From an uncultured Opitutales bacterium (lineage in GTDB: Bacteria; Verrucomicrobiota; Verrucomicrobiia; Opitutales; Intestinicryptomonadaceae): a DNA stretch of 32,000 nucleotides. A program made the translations under genes and the position numbers. The notes under the pieces were generated by a model. That model was not told the origin of the DNA, made no database searches, and saw only the letters and a list, made by a program, of their open reading frames with translations. This document shows positions 8,722-18,700 of the stretch, piece after piece. Where the stretch lies: contig CAKUIA010000017.1 of the NCBI GenBank assembly GCA_934660865.1, positions 1 to 32,000 of the forward strand. Reading direction: 5' to 3'. Position 1 is the stretch's first letter. Each line of letters opens with the position of its first letter.

Positions 8722-9708
8722 ATGAGTATAAAAATAGGTATTATCGGTTATGGGAACTTGGGCAGGGGCGTAGAATGCGCAATCCGCCAAAATCCCGATA
8801 TGGAATTGGTTGCGGTATTTACAAGAAGAAATCCCGAAAGCTTGAAGATTTCTACAGATACTGCAAAAGTTGTTAGCGTCGAAAAAATCGCCGACTGGCA
8901 AGACAAGATAGACGTTATGGTAATTTGCGGAGGCAGCGCAACCGACTTGCCCAAGCAAACACCCGAATACGCCAAAATGTTCAACGTAATCGACAGCTTC
9001 GACACCCATGCGAAAATTCCCGAGCACTTTGCGGCGGTAGACAAGTCCGCAAAGGCCGCAAAAAAAGTTGCCATAATTTCGGTTGGGTGGGATCCGGGGT
9101 TATTCTCGCTTAACAGAATGTATGCAAACGCAATTCTTACAAACGGCAACGACTATACTTTTTGGGGCAAGGGCGTAAGCCAGGGCCACTCCGATGCCGT
9201 AAGGCGCATTAAGGGCGTAAAGAACGCAAAGCAGTATACAATACCCGTGCAGTCGGCGCTAGACGCTGTAAGAAGCGGCAAAAACCCGGAACTTACTACG
9301 CGCCAAAAACATACGCGCGAGTGCTTTGTCGTGTTGCAAGAAGGCGCCAACGCCGCCGAAGTTGAAAAGCAAATAAAGGAAATGCCCAACTATTTTGCCG
9401 ACTACGACACAACCGTGCATTTTATAGACGACGAAGAATTTGCCAAAAACCACAGCCGCATTCCCCACGGCGGTTTTGTGCTAAGAAGCGGCAAAACGGG
9501 CTTAAACAACGAAAACAGCCACATTATAGAATATAGCCTAAAGCTTGATTCAAACCCCGAATTTACTTCGTGCGTATTGGTAGCCTATGCAAGGGCGGCC
9601 TACAAGCTTAACAAAGAGGGCCAAAGCGGCTGCAAAACGGTGTTCGACATCGCTCCCGCCTACCTTAGCGCAAAAAGCGGCGAAGAACTTAGGGCTACAA
9701 TGCTTTAG
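8722..9708 (+). CDS. ddh: meso-diaminopimelate D-dehydrogenase
   Basis: 328 aa. The N-terminus IKIGIIGYGNLGRGVE...PDMELVAVFTRR matches the Ddh NADP-binding signature. The internal GWDPGLFS and WGKGVSQGHSDA blocks are typical of Ddh. Confidence 0.88.
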   Translation: MSIKIGIIGYGNLGRGVECAIRQNPDMELVAVFTRRNPESLKISTDTAKVVSVEKIADWQDKIDVMVICGGSATDLPKQTPEYAKMFNVIDSFDTHAKIPEHFAAVDKSAKAAKKVAIISVGWDPGLFSLNRMYANAILTNGNDYTFWGKGVSQGHSDAVRRIKGVKNAKQYTIPVQSALDAVRSGKNPELTTRQKHTRECFVVLQEGANAAEVEKQIKEMPNYFADYDTTVHFIDDEEFAKNHSRIPHGGFVLRSGKTGLNNENSHIIEYSLKLDSNPEFTSCVLVAYARAAYKLNKEGQSGCKTVFDIAPAYLSAKSGEELRATML

Positions 9709-9733
9709 TAGTTTTCCGCAAATTATTTTTAAG

Positions 9734-9762
9734 GGCCGCACATTTAAGTGCGGTCTTTTTTT
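9734..9762 (+). terminator. Rho-independent terminator after ddh
   Basis: Stem GGCCGCAC / GTGCGGTC (8 bp including one G-U) with loop ATTTAA, followed by T7 (9756-9762). Confidence 0.7.
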
Positions 9763-9809
9763 GCCTTGCCATATATCCCATCGGGCAATAGCCTGTTAAA
9801 AGTGTATAT

Positions 9810-12800
9810 ATGAAAAGGGTTTTTGTAATTTTTGCTTTGTTTTGCGCAATTTTTGTCCGGGCCGAGGTTTTGTTCGAAATCGGCAAAGCCGACGGCTACG
9901 CAAACGAATTTAAAATATTTCGCGGTTTGGGAGACGGAATGCAGCTTTTTACCCGCAACTACGAGGTAAACCGCCGCCCGTATAGAAATCTAGACAAAAG
10001 TCTGGAATTTTTTTCGCAAAGGAATTTCGAATTTACAATAGGCAAAAACAAAGATTGCGACTGGCCCTACATACACCCCGTAAGAAATTGCGACTGGGGG
10101 CAAATGCCTTTTGTTTGCAAAATAAAATTCAATGTAAACAAAGCCGTTATAGAGTCTAATAAAGACTTTTTCTTTAGGCTTGGCTTTGCCGACGCTTCGG
10201 CTCACTACGGCGGCTTGGGCGTAAAAATTTTGCTGAACGGAAAGCAAATTGCAGACATACGCGATCCCTACAAAATCGCAAAAGACCGCTTTAATGCGCC
10301 AGCCGTTCTCTTATACCACCCCAACACCTACGGCAAAAGCCTTACCGTTAAAACCAAAATTTCGGCAAACACTTTTAAAGAGGGCGAAAATGTTTTGGAG
10401 ATTGCCCCGCACGACACCTACAAGATTTCTGACAAGACTTTGTGGTTTGCCTACGACTATTTAAGCCTAAGCGACACCGAAAAAGACTGCGACGTAAAAT
10501 ACGAGGGCGCAAACCTTTTAGACAGGGCAATTTCGGCAATGGGCACCGAATATGTTGTGTTTGCAACGCGTTCGGACACCAAAGACCCCCACTGGTTTGC
10601 AACCTTCGGCAAAAGCGTTAGCATAGATGCAAAAAACGAGGCTTTGCAAAAAAATTTCGGCAAGTATATGGATTCGCATTTGGGCGCAAAAATTGCGGTG
10701 TTTAATTTGCGCACAAAAGAAATAAAATATATTTTAAACGACCCTAACGGCTCCGTGCACGACTTGCGCCTGCACTACGACGCCAAAAAACTTTTGTTTG
10801 CCTACCGCAAGGGCAAAACAAAAACTTTTCATCTATACGAAATGGATATAGACGGCAAAAACCTTAAGCTTTTGCCGATGGCGGGCGATTGGGACGACAT
10901 AGAACCCGCATATCTGCCAAACGGCGACATAATATATTGCTCGTCGCGCCACCGCAAAACCGTGCAGTGCGGAATTTTGCCCATAGCCAATTTAACCAGA
11001 TATAGCTATGCCGACAACAGCATAAGAACTTTAAGCGTAAACCCCGACCAAGACAACACTCCCTCGGTTTTAAAAGACGGCCGCATTGTGTATTTAAAGT
11101 GGGACTATAACCAGCGAAGCCAGCTTTCATTCCACCACCTGTGGACGCTTAACCCCGACGGTACCTCCGACAAAATATTCTTCGGCAACAGGTATCCTGG
11201 GGGCGTATTTTTGTCGCCGAAAGAATTTCCCGACAGGCACGAAACTTTGTTTGTAATAAGCCCCTACCACGGCGAAACTTGGAACCAGCAGGGCCGCATT
11301 GCAAAAGTTAAAAACTCGTGCGACCCAAGCGACATTTATGCGCTGGATTTTGTCAGCGGCGATTCGGGCTACAACTTTTTTGCGCCGTTTCCGTTAAAAG
11401 ACGGGCTAATGCTTACAAATACGCGAAACAGGCTGTTTGTTATGGACGAGTTTGGGCACTTTGAATACATAGACTTGCCAAAAGAGCTTTTTGAAACCCG
11501 AAACGAAGAATACACCGTAACCTTGATTAAAAGCCAGCGCAAGCGCGAGCTTTTTGTAAAAGACATTCAGCCCCTTGCAGAACGCCCGCGCGAAAAGCTT
11601 ATTCCCGACAGCGTAGACTATTCAAAAAAAACCGCTGTTATGTCGCTGCAAAATATCTATTTCGGGCGGCAAATGCAGGGGGTGGAAAAAGGCTCTATAA
11701 AAAAGCTTGTAGTTGTGGAATTTTTGCCCAACCCCGCGCACTACCACGGGGGAACTTGGCCCATTTCGCCTTCGGGTGCATTTGCAATAGAAAGAATTTG
11801 GGGCTATGCAGACGTAAACGACGACGGCTCAGCAATTTTCGAAGTGCCCGCGCAAAAGGCTTTGGCCTTTATTGCGTTGGACAAAGACGGCAACTGCGTT
11901 AAGCGAATGTTAAGTTTTGTCGGCGCGCAGCCCGATACAAGTACAAGCTGCATAGGCTGCCACGAAACGCGCAACGAAACTCCGCTAACAAACACCGTTC
12001 CAAAATCGTTTAGCCAGCCCGTGCAAAAGCTTAAGCCGTTCGAAAACCGCAAACACCCCTTTGTTATAGACTTTATGCGCGATATCCAGCCCATATTCAA
12101 TTCGCACTGCATAAAATGCCACAGCGACAACCCCAAAAGCAGGGCCAAGTTTTCGCTTATGGAGGGAATGGGGGCAAGCTATTTTCATTCGTATTTCAAC
12201 CTTTTTATGCGCAGGCAAATGCAAGACGGCGAAAACAAATGGGGAATGTTTGCCCCCTATAAATTCGGCAGCGGCTGCTCTAAAATTTTAACCAAAACAC
12301 AGGGCGGGCACCACAATGTAAAACTAAGCAAAAACGAGCTTGAAACCCTAAAGCTTTGGCTGGATACGGGGGCAACCCAATTCGGAACTTATGCCGCGCT
12401 TGGCACGGTATTTTTGCACCAAAATCTATTCGATACGCCCGTATGGAAAATGGAGGACGAAATACCTCAAACAAAGGCAATGTTCGACACAATTAAAAAC
12501 CGTTGCGGGCAGTGCCATAGGGGAAAGTCGTATATACCCGCCTACCTAAACCCCTACAACAAAATCAGGGCGGTAAAAAACAATACTGTGCGCGAAACAA
12601 TATACCACAACGAAACCGCCTACAATTTTCTGCACCCCGAAAGGACAATATATTTAAACATTGCCCTTGCAAAAGAGCAGGGCGGCCTGGCCGAAAAGGG
12701 CACGCACCCGGTAATATTCAAAGACAAAAAAGACCCCGGCTACATATCCCTTAAAAACGGCATATACGCCATTGCAGAGCATTTGAAAAAGAACTACCCA

Positions 12801-12989
12801 ATGCACTTGGCGAAGAATTTCAGGGCGGGCTACGGCTATTTTGTGCGCCTGCAAGAGGCGGGAATTTTCCGCAAAGATGCCGATTGCAAAACCCCCGTAA
12901 ATCCATTCGAGTGCGACGAGCGCTATTTTAAGTGGATAGAGGATACAATGTATATGCACCCGCCAAAATTTACGCCCGAAAAGCAATAG
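9810..12989 (+). CDS. Secreted multidomain protein: N-terminal beta-sandwich-like domain, PD40/TolB-like beta-propeller region, and a C-terminal region with three c-type heme-binding motifs (hydrazine-synthase-alpha-like / planctomycete cytochrome c-like architecture). Function unknown.
   Basis: 1059 aa with signal peptide MKRVFVIFALFCAIFVRA. PD40-like strings include FHLYEMDIDGKNLKLL, DIEPAYLPNGDIIYCS and LKDGRIVYLKWDY. The block DDGSAIFEVPAQKALAFIALDKDGNCVKRMLSFVGAQPDTSTSCIGCHE precedes the hemes. CXXCH motifs lie at nt 11949-11963 (CIGCH), 12108-12122 (CIKCH) and 12504-12518 (CGQCH). Confidence 0.6.
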   Translation: MKRVFVIFALFCAIFVRAEVLFEIGKADGYANEFKIFRGLGDGMQLFTRNYEVNRRPYRNLDKSLEFFSQRNFEFTIGKNKDCDWPYIHPVRNCDWGQMPFVCKIKFNVNKAVIESNKDFFFRLGFADASAHYGGLGVKILLNGKQIADIRDPYKIAKDRFNAPAVLLYHPNTYGKSLTVKTKISANTFKEGENVLEIAPHDTYKISDKTLWFAYDYLSLSDTEKDCDVKYEGANLLDRAISAMGTEYVVFATRSDTKDPHWFATFGKSVSIDAKNEALQKNFGKYMDSHLGAKIAVFNLRTKEIKYILNDPNGSVHDLRLHYDAKKLLFAYRKGKTKTFHLYEMDIDGKNLKLLPMAGDWDDIEPAYLPNGDIIYCSSRHRKTVQCGILPIANLTRYSYADNSIRTLSVNPDQDNTPSVLKDGRIVYLKWDYNQRSQLSFHHLWTLNPDGTSDKIFFGNRYPGGVFLSPKEFPDRHETLFVISPYHGETWNQQGRIAKVKNSCDPSDIYALDFVSGDSGYNFFAPFPLKDGLMLTNTRNRLFVMDEFGHFEYIDLPKELFETRNEEYTVTLIKSQRKRELFVKDIQPLAERPREKLIPDSVDYSKKTAVMSLQNIYFGRQMQGVEKGSIKKLVVVEFLPNPAHYHGGTWPISPSGAFAIERIWGYADVNDDGSAIFEVPAQKALAFIALDKDGNCVKRMLSFVGAQPDTSTSCIGCHETRNETPLTNTVPKSFSQPVQKLKPFENRKHPFVIDFMRDIQPIFNSHCIKCHSDNPKSRAKFSLMEGMGASYFHSYFNLFMRRQMQDGENKWGMFAPYKFGSGCSKILTKTQGGHHNVKLSKNELETLKLWLDTGATQFGTYAALGTVFLHQNLFDTPVWKMEDEIPQTKAMFDTIKNRCGQCHRGKSYIPAYLNPYNKIRAVKNNTVRETIYHNETAYNFLHPERTIYLNIALAKEQGGLAEKGTHPVIFKDKKDPGYISLKNGIYAIAEHLKKNYPMHLAKNFRAGYGYFVRLQEAGIFRKDADCKTPVNPFECDERYFKWIEDTMYMHPPKFTPEKQ

Positions 12990-13041
12990 CGCGCCTTAAT
13001 GGGCTTGATTTTTAAAAAGCGCGTTTTAGTGTGTAAAAACA

Positions 13042-15795
13042 ATGCTGCAAATTGTACAAATATGCGCTCCCACATTGCCCGAATGTGCGGCAAATTGGTT
13101 TTTAGAGCATTTTAAAGACAGCCTTAAAAACGGCGTTGCCGATTTGGGCGGCCTGCTTTTTTTGCTGCCCACTAGGGCTGCGGCCAGAAGCTTTAAAAAT
13201 GCGGTGGTTTTAAAAGTAAAGGCGCTTTCAAACTTCAATGTTTCGACTTTCGAAGACGAGCTTTCCAAATACGAAACAAAAAACGCCTTAAACAAAACAA
13301 CGGCGCGCGCAATTTGGGTTTCGGTTTTAAGGGGGCTGCTAGCCTGCAATAAACTGCCCGAAAACATATTTTCGGGCGCGCAAAAGCCCGAAGAGGGCGA
13401 CTTGCTTTCCATTGCCGACGAGCTGATTTTGCTGCAAACATTGCTTGCCGAAGCCATGCTGGATATTTCCTCGGCCTACGAAAAACTTGTAAAAGACGCG
13501 GTTTTTGCCGACATTGCAAGATGGGGCGACTTAAACTATTTAAACAGCCTTTTTACAAGGCAACTCGGAGATTTTTCGGACTGCCTTACCTCAAGGCTTG
13601 GCGCTATCGACACTATGGCAAAAGAGGGGCAAATAAAGCGGGTATATATGGTGGGCAATCCCGAAATATCCAAAACAATGCAGTGTTTTTTGCGCAAGCT
13701 CGGCGAAAACGGCGGCGACTTTTGCAGTGTGGTTTTTTCGAACAGCTCCGAAAAATATTTCGACGAATTCGGGCTGCCCAAAGCAGAATACGCCGAAAAA
13801 AATCTCGAAATTCCCGAAAGCTCGCTAAAGGTTTACCCCGACTGCAAAGCCCAGGCAAAGGCGGTTGCAGGCCTTGCGCAAAACTACGGCGAAAACGCAT
13901 ATAAAACACTGGCCGTTGCCTGCGACCAAGTATCGAACATACAAATTTTTAGGGACGAATTTGCGCAACATAAAATTTCGGCAAGCCCGCTGGAGGGCAA
14001 ATGTCTTAAAAACAGCGTATTGTTCGGGCTTATAAAATCGATTTCCGACTTGGCTGCAAGCGAAAGTTATGCAAACACAACAAACTTTATGCAAAACTTT
14101 TACGCCGCAAAAAAATGCGCAGCAATTACGGGGAAAAACCCGGAGCAAATTTTTGCGGCCGCCGACGCATTGTACGCCGAATATTGCTGCGCAACGCTAA
14201 GCCAGGCCTATTCGGCTTTAAAGGCAATAGAGCGCAGCCGAAACTCGAAATTAAAAGAATGTTTGTTTCTTGGAAAAATTTTCGATTTTGCCCAAAAGGC
14301 GGCCCGCGCAAAAGACATTGCCGCCTTTGTAGACGAAAACTTTTCGGAATTTGCATTACAAAACGACTTTTTGGAAAACCAGGCATTTAATTTGTTGCGC
14401 ACTGTTGCCGCCGAAATAGACGCCGCCGAAAATCATTCTAAAATAAAATTTTCGAACACCGAAAAAATTGCCGTTATTGCCGACATTTTCGGCAAAAAAA
14501 CGCTGCCGCCCGAAATCGGCGCAAATTCTATTTTGCTGCAGGACTGGATAGAGGCCTATTGGTCGCCCAAGCCGCATTTGGTACTTTGCGATATGAACGA
14601 CAAAATAGTTCCGCTTGCAGATTTAAACGGAATGTTTTTAACCGATTCCCTGCGCAAAAAACTTGGGCTGCGCATGCAAAAATTAAGGCAGGCAAGAGAC
14701 GCGTTTATGCTTGAAAGCACAATGCAAGTGCGCGCTACGGCTTTGTCTAAGGCCGATATTTGCATTCCCAAAAGCAACAATACGGGCGATGTGCTGCTGC
14801 CTTCGCGCATTCTGTTTCAAACCGAAAATCCAAATTTGCCCGATAGGGTTAACAGGCTTTTTTACGAGCCCAAAATAGAGGAAATGCCCCAAGCACACGG
14901 CGAATGGACGGCGTATGCCGCGGCGGATTTTGGCTGCGAAAGGGATTCTTTTTCGGCTACTGCTTTAAACGACTACCTAAACTCGCCGTGGCAGTACTAC
15001 CTTAAAAACGTCCTTAAAATGGCGCAAATAGACCCCTTTAAAAGCGAGCTGGACGCCGTGCAGTTCGGCGAAATTATGCACGAGATTTTAAGCGCTTTGC
15101 CCGAAATTTCGGGCGAGCAAAACGAGCTTAAAATAAGGGATTTTCTGTCGGAAAAATTCGGGCAATACAGGCAAAGGAACTTTCCCGAAAACCTGCGCGG
15201 CCAAATTAGAATGCAGCTTGGCTACATAAAAAGCAGGCTGCTTTCGATGGCGAAATTGCAGAGCCGTTTGTGCGGCAACAACTGGGTTCAAAAGTATGCC
15301 GAGCTCGGCTTTTGCGTAGATTTGGGCGCTTTTAGGCTAAGCGGCAAAATAGACCGCATAGACTATAACACCCAAACAAACGAGGTTCTTATTATAGACT
15401 ACAAAACATTCGAAAAATTCGAAAAGGGCATTTGCAAAAAAAAGCACTATGCACAAAAGTCGCAAAAGTGGCAAAATTTGCAGCTGCCGCTATACTATTG
15501 CGCGGCCCGGTCTATAAGCGAAATTATGGCGCTAAAGCCGCGGGCGGTAAAATGCGCCTACATAGTTTTGCCCAAAGACACAAGCTCTACCGAAATTGAC
15601 ATGTGGGACGACATCGAAAACTACATAGATTCGGCCCTTAACAAGGCGAACGAAGTTGTTTTGAATATAAAAACACGCAACTTTGCCCCGCCCGAAAAGA
15701 ACGCAAAAAACGACTGTTTTGAATCGCTATTCGGTTTTAACAGCGACGAGTTTGCCAGAAAGTTTGTCGAAAATTATGCCGAAAAACGCGTCTAA
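13042..15795 (+). CDS. addB: AddB-like PD-(D/E)XK nuclease subunit of a two-component helicase-nuclease (no Walker A motif)
   Basis: 917 aa. The N-terminus LLFLLPTRAAARSF is the degenerate AddB-type pseudo-helicase start with no GxGKT. The C-terminal nuclease motif is GKIDRIDYNTQTNEVLIIDYKT followed by QLPLY. The gene sits immediately upstream of, and overlaps, the AddA-like gene. Confidence 0.7.
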   Translation: MLQIVQICAPTLPECAANWFLEHFKDSLKNGVADLGGLLFLLPTRAAARSFKNAVVLKVKALSNFNVSTFEDELSKYETKNALNKTTARAIWVSVLRGLLACNKLPENIFSGAQKPEEGDLLSIADELILLQTLLAEAMLDISSAYEKLVKDAVFADIARWGDLNYLNSLFTRQLGDFSDCLTSRLGAIDTMAKEGQIKRVYMVGNPEISKTMQCFLRKLGENGGDFCSVVFSNSSEKYFDEFGLPKAEYAEKNLEIPESSLKVYPDCKAQAKAVAGLAQNYGENAYKTLAVACDQVSNIQIFRDEFAQHKISASPLEGKCLKNSVLFGLIKSISDLAASESYANTTNFMQNFYAAKKCAAITGKNPEQIFAAADALYAEYCCATLSQAYSALKAIERSRNSKLKECLFLGKIFDFAQKAARAKDIAAFVDENFSEFALQNDFLENQAFNLLRTVAAEIDAAENHSKIKFSNTEKIAVIADIFGKKTLPPEIGANSILLQDWIEAYWSPKPHLVLCDMNDKIVPLADLNGMFLTDSLRKKLGLRMQKLRQARDAFMLESTMQVRATALSKADICIPKSNNTGDVLLPSRILFQTENPNLPDRVNRLFYEPKIEEMPQAHGEWTAYAAADFGCERDSFSATALNDYLNSPWQYYLKNVLKMAQIDPFKSELDAVQFGEIMHEILSALPEISGEQNELKIRDFLSEKFGQYRQRNFPENLRGQIRMQLGYIKSRLLSMAKLQSRLCGNNWVQKYAELGFCVDLGAFRLSGKIDRIDYNTQTNEVLIIDYKTFEKFEKGICKKKHYAQKSQKWQNLQLPLYYCAARSISEIMALKPRAVKCAYIVLPKDTSSTEIDMWDDIENYIDSALNKANEVVLNIKTRNFAPPEKNAKNDCFESLFGFNSDEFARKFVENYAEKRV

Positions 15796-18700
15796 CATAT
15801 TCCAAAACGAAAGGGTTTCGGCGTCGGCGGGGGCGGGCAAAACCTACGCGCTTACAATGCGCTACATAGCGCTTGCGCTAAGCGAAAAACTGCCCGACCC
15901 GTTCAAAATTTTGGCGATTACATTTACAAGAAAAGCCGCGGGCGAGTTCCTTAAAAACATTCTCGAAATACTTTCGAACGCGCTTTTAAAAGCGGAAAAA
16001 TTCGGGGAACTGAGGCAAAAGGTCTGCGAAATTTCGGGCGGCAAAAGCGGCGAAAGCGACGCCGATTTTAGGGCGCGAATTTGCCTGCTATTAAGAACGT
16101 GCGCGCTTAATCTAAACAGGCTTAACCTAAGCACAATCGACTCGTTTTTTTCGTCGGTTTTAAACGGCTATGCCAACGAATGCGGCCTGTATTCCAAAAT
16201 AGGCATTGTAGACGCCTCCGAATACCAGACGTCTAAAGAGCTTATTGTAGACGAAATTTTGGCGGACAACTCCGTAGACGAAAAAACTTTCAACGAGTTT
16301 TGCCAGCTTGTAAAAACGGCCTCTTTCGGCGAAGAGCAAAAATCGCTTAAAAGCGCGCTATACGAAAACATACGCCAGTCGATTGCCCTATACAGGAAAA
16401 ACGGCGGCAAGTGGGGCGATATTGGCGCAATTTTGGGCAAAAGAACCGAATTTAACCGGGGCGAATACGAAAAGTGTGCCGCCGAATTTTGCGCGTATTT
16501 AAGCGAAAACAAAGTCCCCAAAAAAAGCGTGTCGGCGCTCGAAAACTTTTTCGAAAAGCTGCCAACTTCGGTGCCGTCAAGCGTGCCCGCCGGTTTAAAA
16601 CCGCTTGCACAGGAGTTTGCAAAAAACGCGCTTTCGCCAAATTCAATGTACGGCAAAGTTCCCCTAAATTCGGCGTATTTTAAGCTTAACTATTTGCTCG
16701 AAAGCATGCTTTGCCTGCACCTTGAAAGGGCGTGCGCGGCGGCCGAAGCTGCGCGGAAAATCGCCGAACAGTTTGGGCAAAAATATTATAAGCGCAACAT
16801 AAAAAAGGGCAGGCTTACTTTCGACGACATAACCTATATGCTAAACGGCCTGGGCAAAAACGACCCAACATTTATCCCCACTTTGGAATACAGGCTAGAT
16901 TCCAAAATCAGGCACTACTTGGTAGACGAGTTTCAGGACACCTCGCGCGAGCAGTGGAACTTTTTGGGCGAAATTTTAGACGATGTAGTAAATTCGCGCG
17001 GCGAAAAAACCTTCTATTATGTGGGCGATACAAAGCAGTCTATCTACTCGTTTAGAAACGGCGACAGGCGCCTGTTTAACGAGGTTTTCGGCAACGCCAA
17101 CGGCGCAATTAAAGAGGGCGAAAACCTGCACACATCGTACAGGTCGGGCGAAAGCTTGCTGAAATTTGTAAACGGCGTTTTTGCCGGCAAAGACGGGAAA
17201 GGCAACGCCTTTTTAGCCGAGGTTTTCGACGAAAATTCGGCGGCCGATTTCAACGAAATGTTCAGCGAACACCTGCCCGCAAAAAAGATTAAAAGCATTT
17301 CGCAGCTTAGCGTGGTAAAATATTGCTCGAACAAAGCCGAAGAGGAAAACCGCCTTATATTTGCCGAAATTCTCGAAATTTTAAGGCAAACAAAGCCTAC
17401 CAAAAACGGGATTTCGTGCGCAATTTTGGTAAACAAAAACGACCTTGCGGAAAAGATAATAGAATTTTTGCGCGAAAACGGCATACAAGCTTCGGGCGAG
17501 CTGGAAAAATCTTCGGCAAAAGACAACACTTTAGTTCCGCTTTTTATGCAGCTTGTAAAGCTTGCGGCCCACCCGAACGACACCGCAGCAAGTCAGTTTT
17601 TAAAAATGTCGCCTTTCGCCGAAATTTTCGTGGGCCAGCCCCCCAAGTTTGCCGAAATTTGCGAATTTATACTGCAAAAGACAAGCGCGAAAAGCTTTGC
17701 CGAAATCGCCGAATTTTTCGAAGAAAAGATAAACGCCTACAAAAACGGAAATTTGTGCGATAGTGCGGTGCACGATATGCGGCTTTTAAAGGAAGCCTGC
17801 GTGCAGTTCGACAATTCCGCGCAGTCGGGCATAGACGCATTTATAAGGTTTATGGAAAACAAAACCTACAAGATTTCGGCTCCATCGAAAGTAGTCCAGG
17901 TTATGACGATACATAAATCGAAGGGCTTGGGTTTTGATATGGTGATATTGCCCGATTTGCACAGGATTGGCAGGGGCGAACCCCCCTCTAAAAAGCTGGG
18001 CAATATATGCAAAAAAACGGGCGAAAACGAATATGTGCCGCTAACGGTTTCGTACATTCCGCCGTCTTTTATCTGCTCGCTAAACCGCCATTTAAGCGAT
18101 ACTTTAGCCCGCCAAAAAAGCGACAGACATTACGACAATTTGTGCCTTTTATACGTTGCGCTAACCAGGGCAAAGCGCGCCCTATACGCCGTTGTTGCCG
18201 ACGTTAAAGACGAAAGCGCCGCCAACATTCAGCAGCTTTTAATTTCGGCCTTTAATGATAACGGCGCAAAATGCGAAGTTTTTGGCGATGTAAAGCGAAT
18301 GTTCTATGTAGACGAAAATTGCGGCACGTTGGATTGGCAAAAAGAGCTATTAGACGAAAAGCGCGAGAAAAACGAAAACACCGTTAAATACGATAACTTC
18401 CTAGAGCCTTTGGGCGAAGTTTTGCCTGCGTGTGCCAAAATTGTGCAGGCTTCGAAAGCCGCGGGCGAAAGTCCGGAAAGCGACTCTATAAAAATGCAAA
18501 CGGGCATATTGGTGCACAAAATTTTCGAAAACTTGCCGTGTGCGGATATGTCCGATTCGGAAAAATTAAATGCGGCCTTTGCAAAGCTTGCCTACAAAAG
18601 CGAATGCGCAACGGCAGCTTTTAACACGGTAAAAAACGCGCTTTTAAACCCCGAAATTTCGGCATATTTTAGGCCTAAGCCCCGCACCGAATTTTTTGCC

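Noticed and set aside
9810-12989. Reading the HZS-alpha-like protein as evidence of anammox or hydrazine metabolism
   Set aside because: It is a single orphan gene with no hzsB/hzsC, hydrazine dehydrogenase or nitrite reductase partners in the window. Only the domain architecture is similar, so no metabolic inference is justified.
15683-15775. Track start of the AddA-like ORF at 15683 (113-nt overlap with addB)
   Set aside because: The extra 31 residues (MPRPKRTQKTTVLNRYSVLTATSLPESLSKI) are the out-of-frame reading of the addB 3' end. The ATG at 15776 sits about 20 residues before the Walker A motif, as in other AddA/UvrD proteins.
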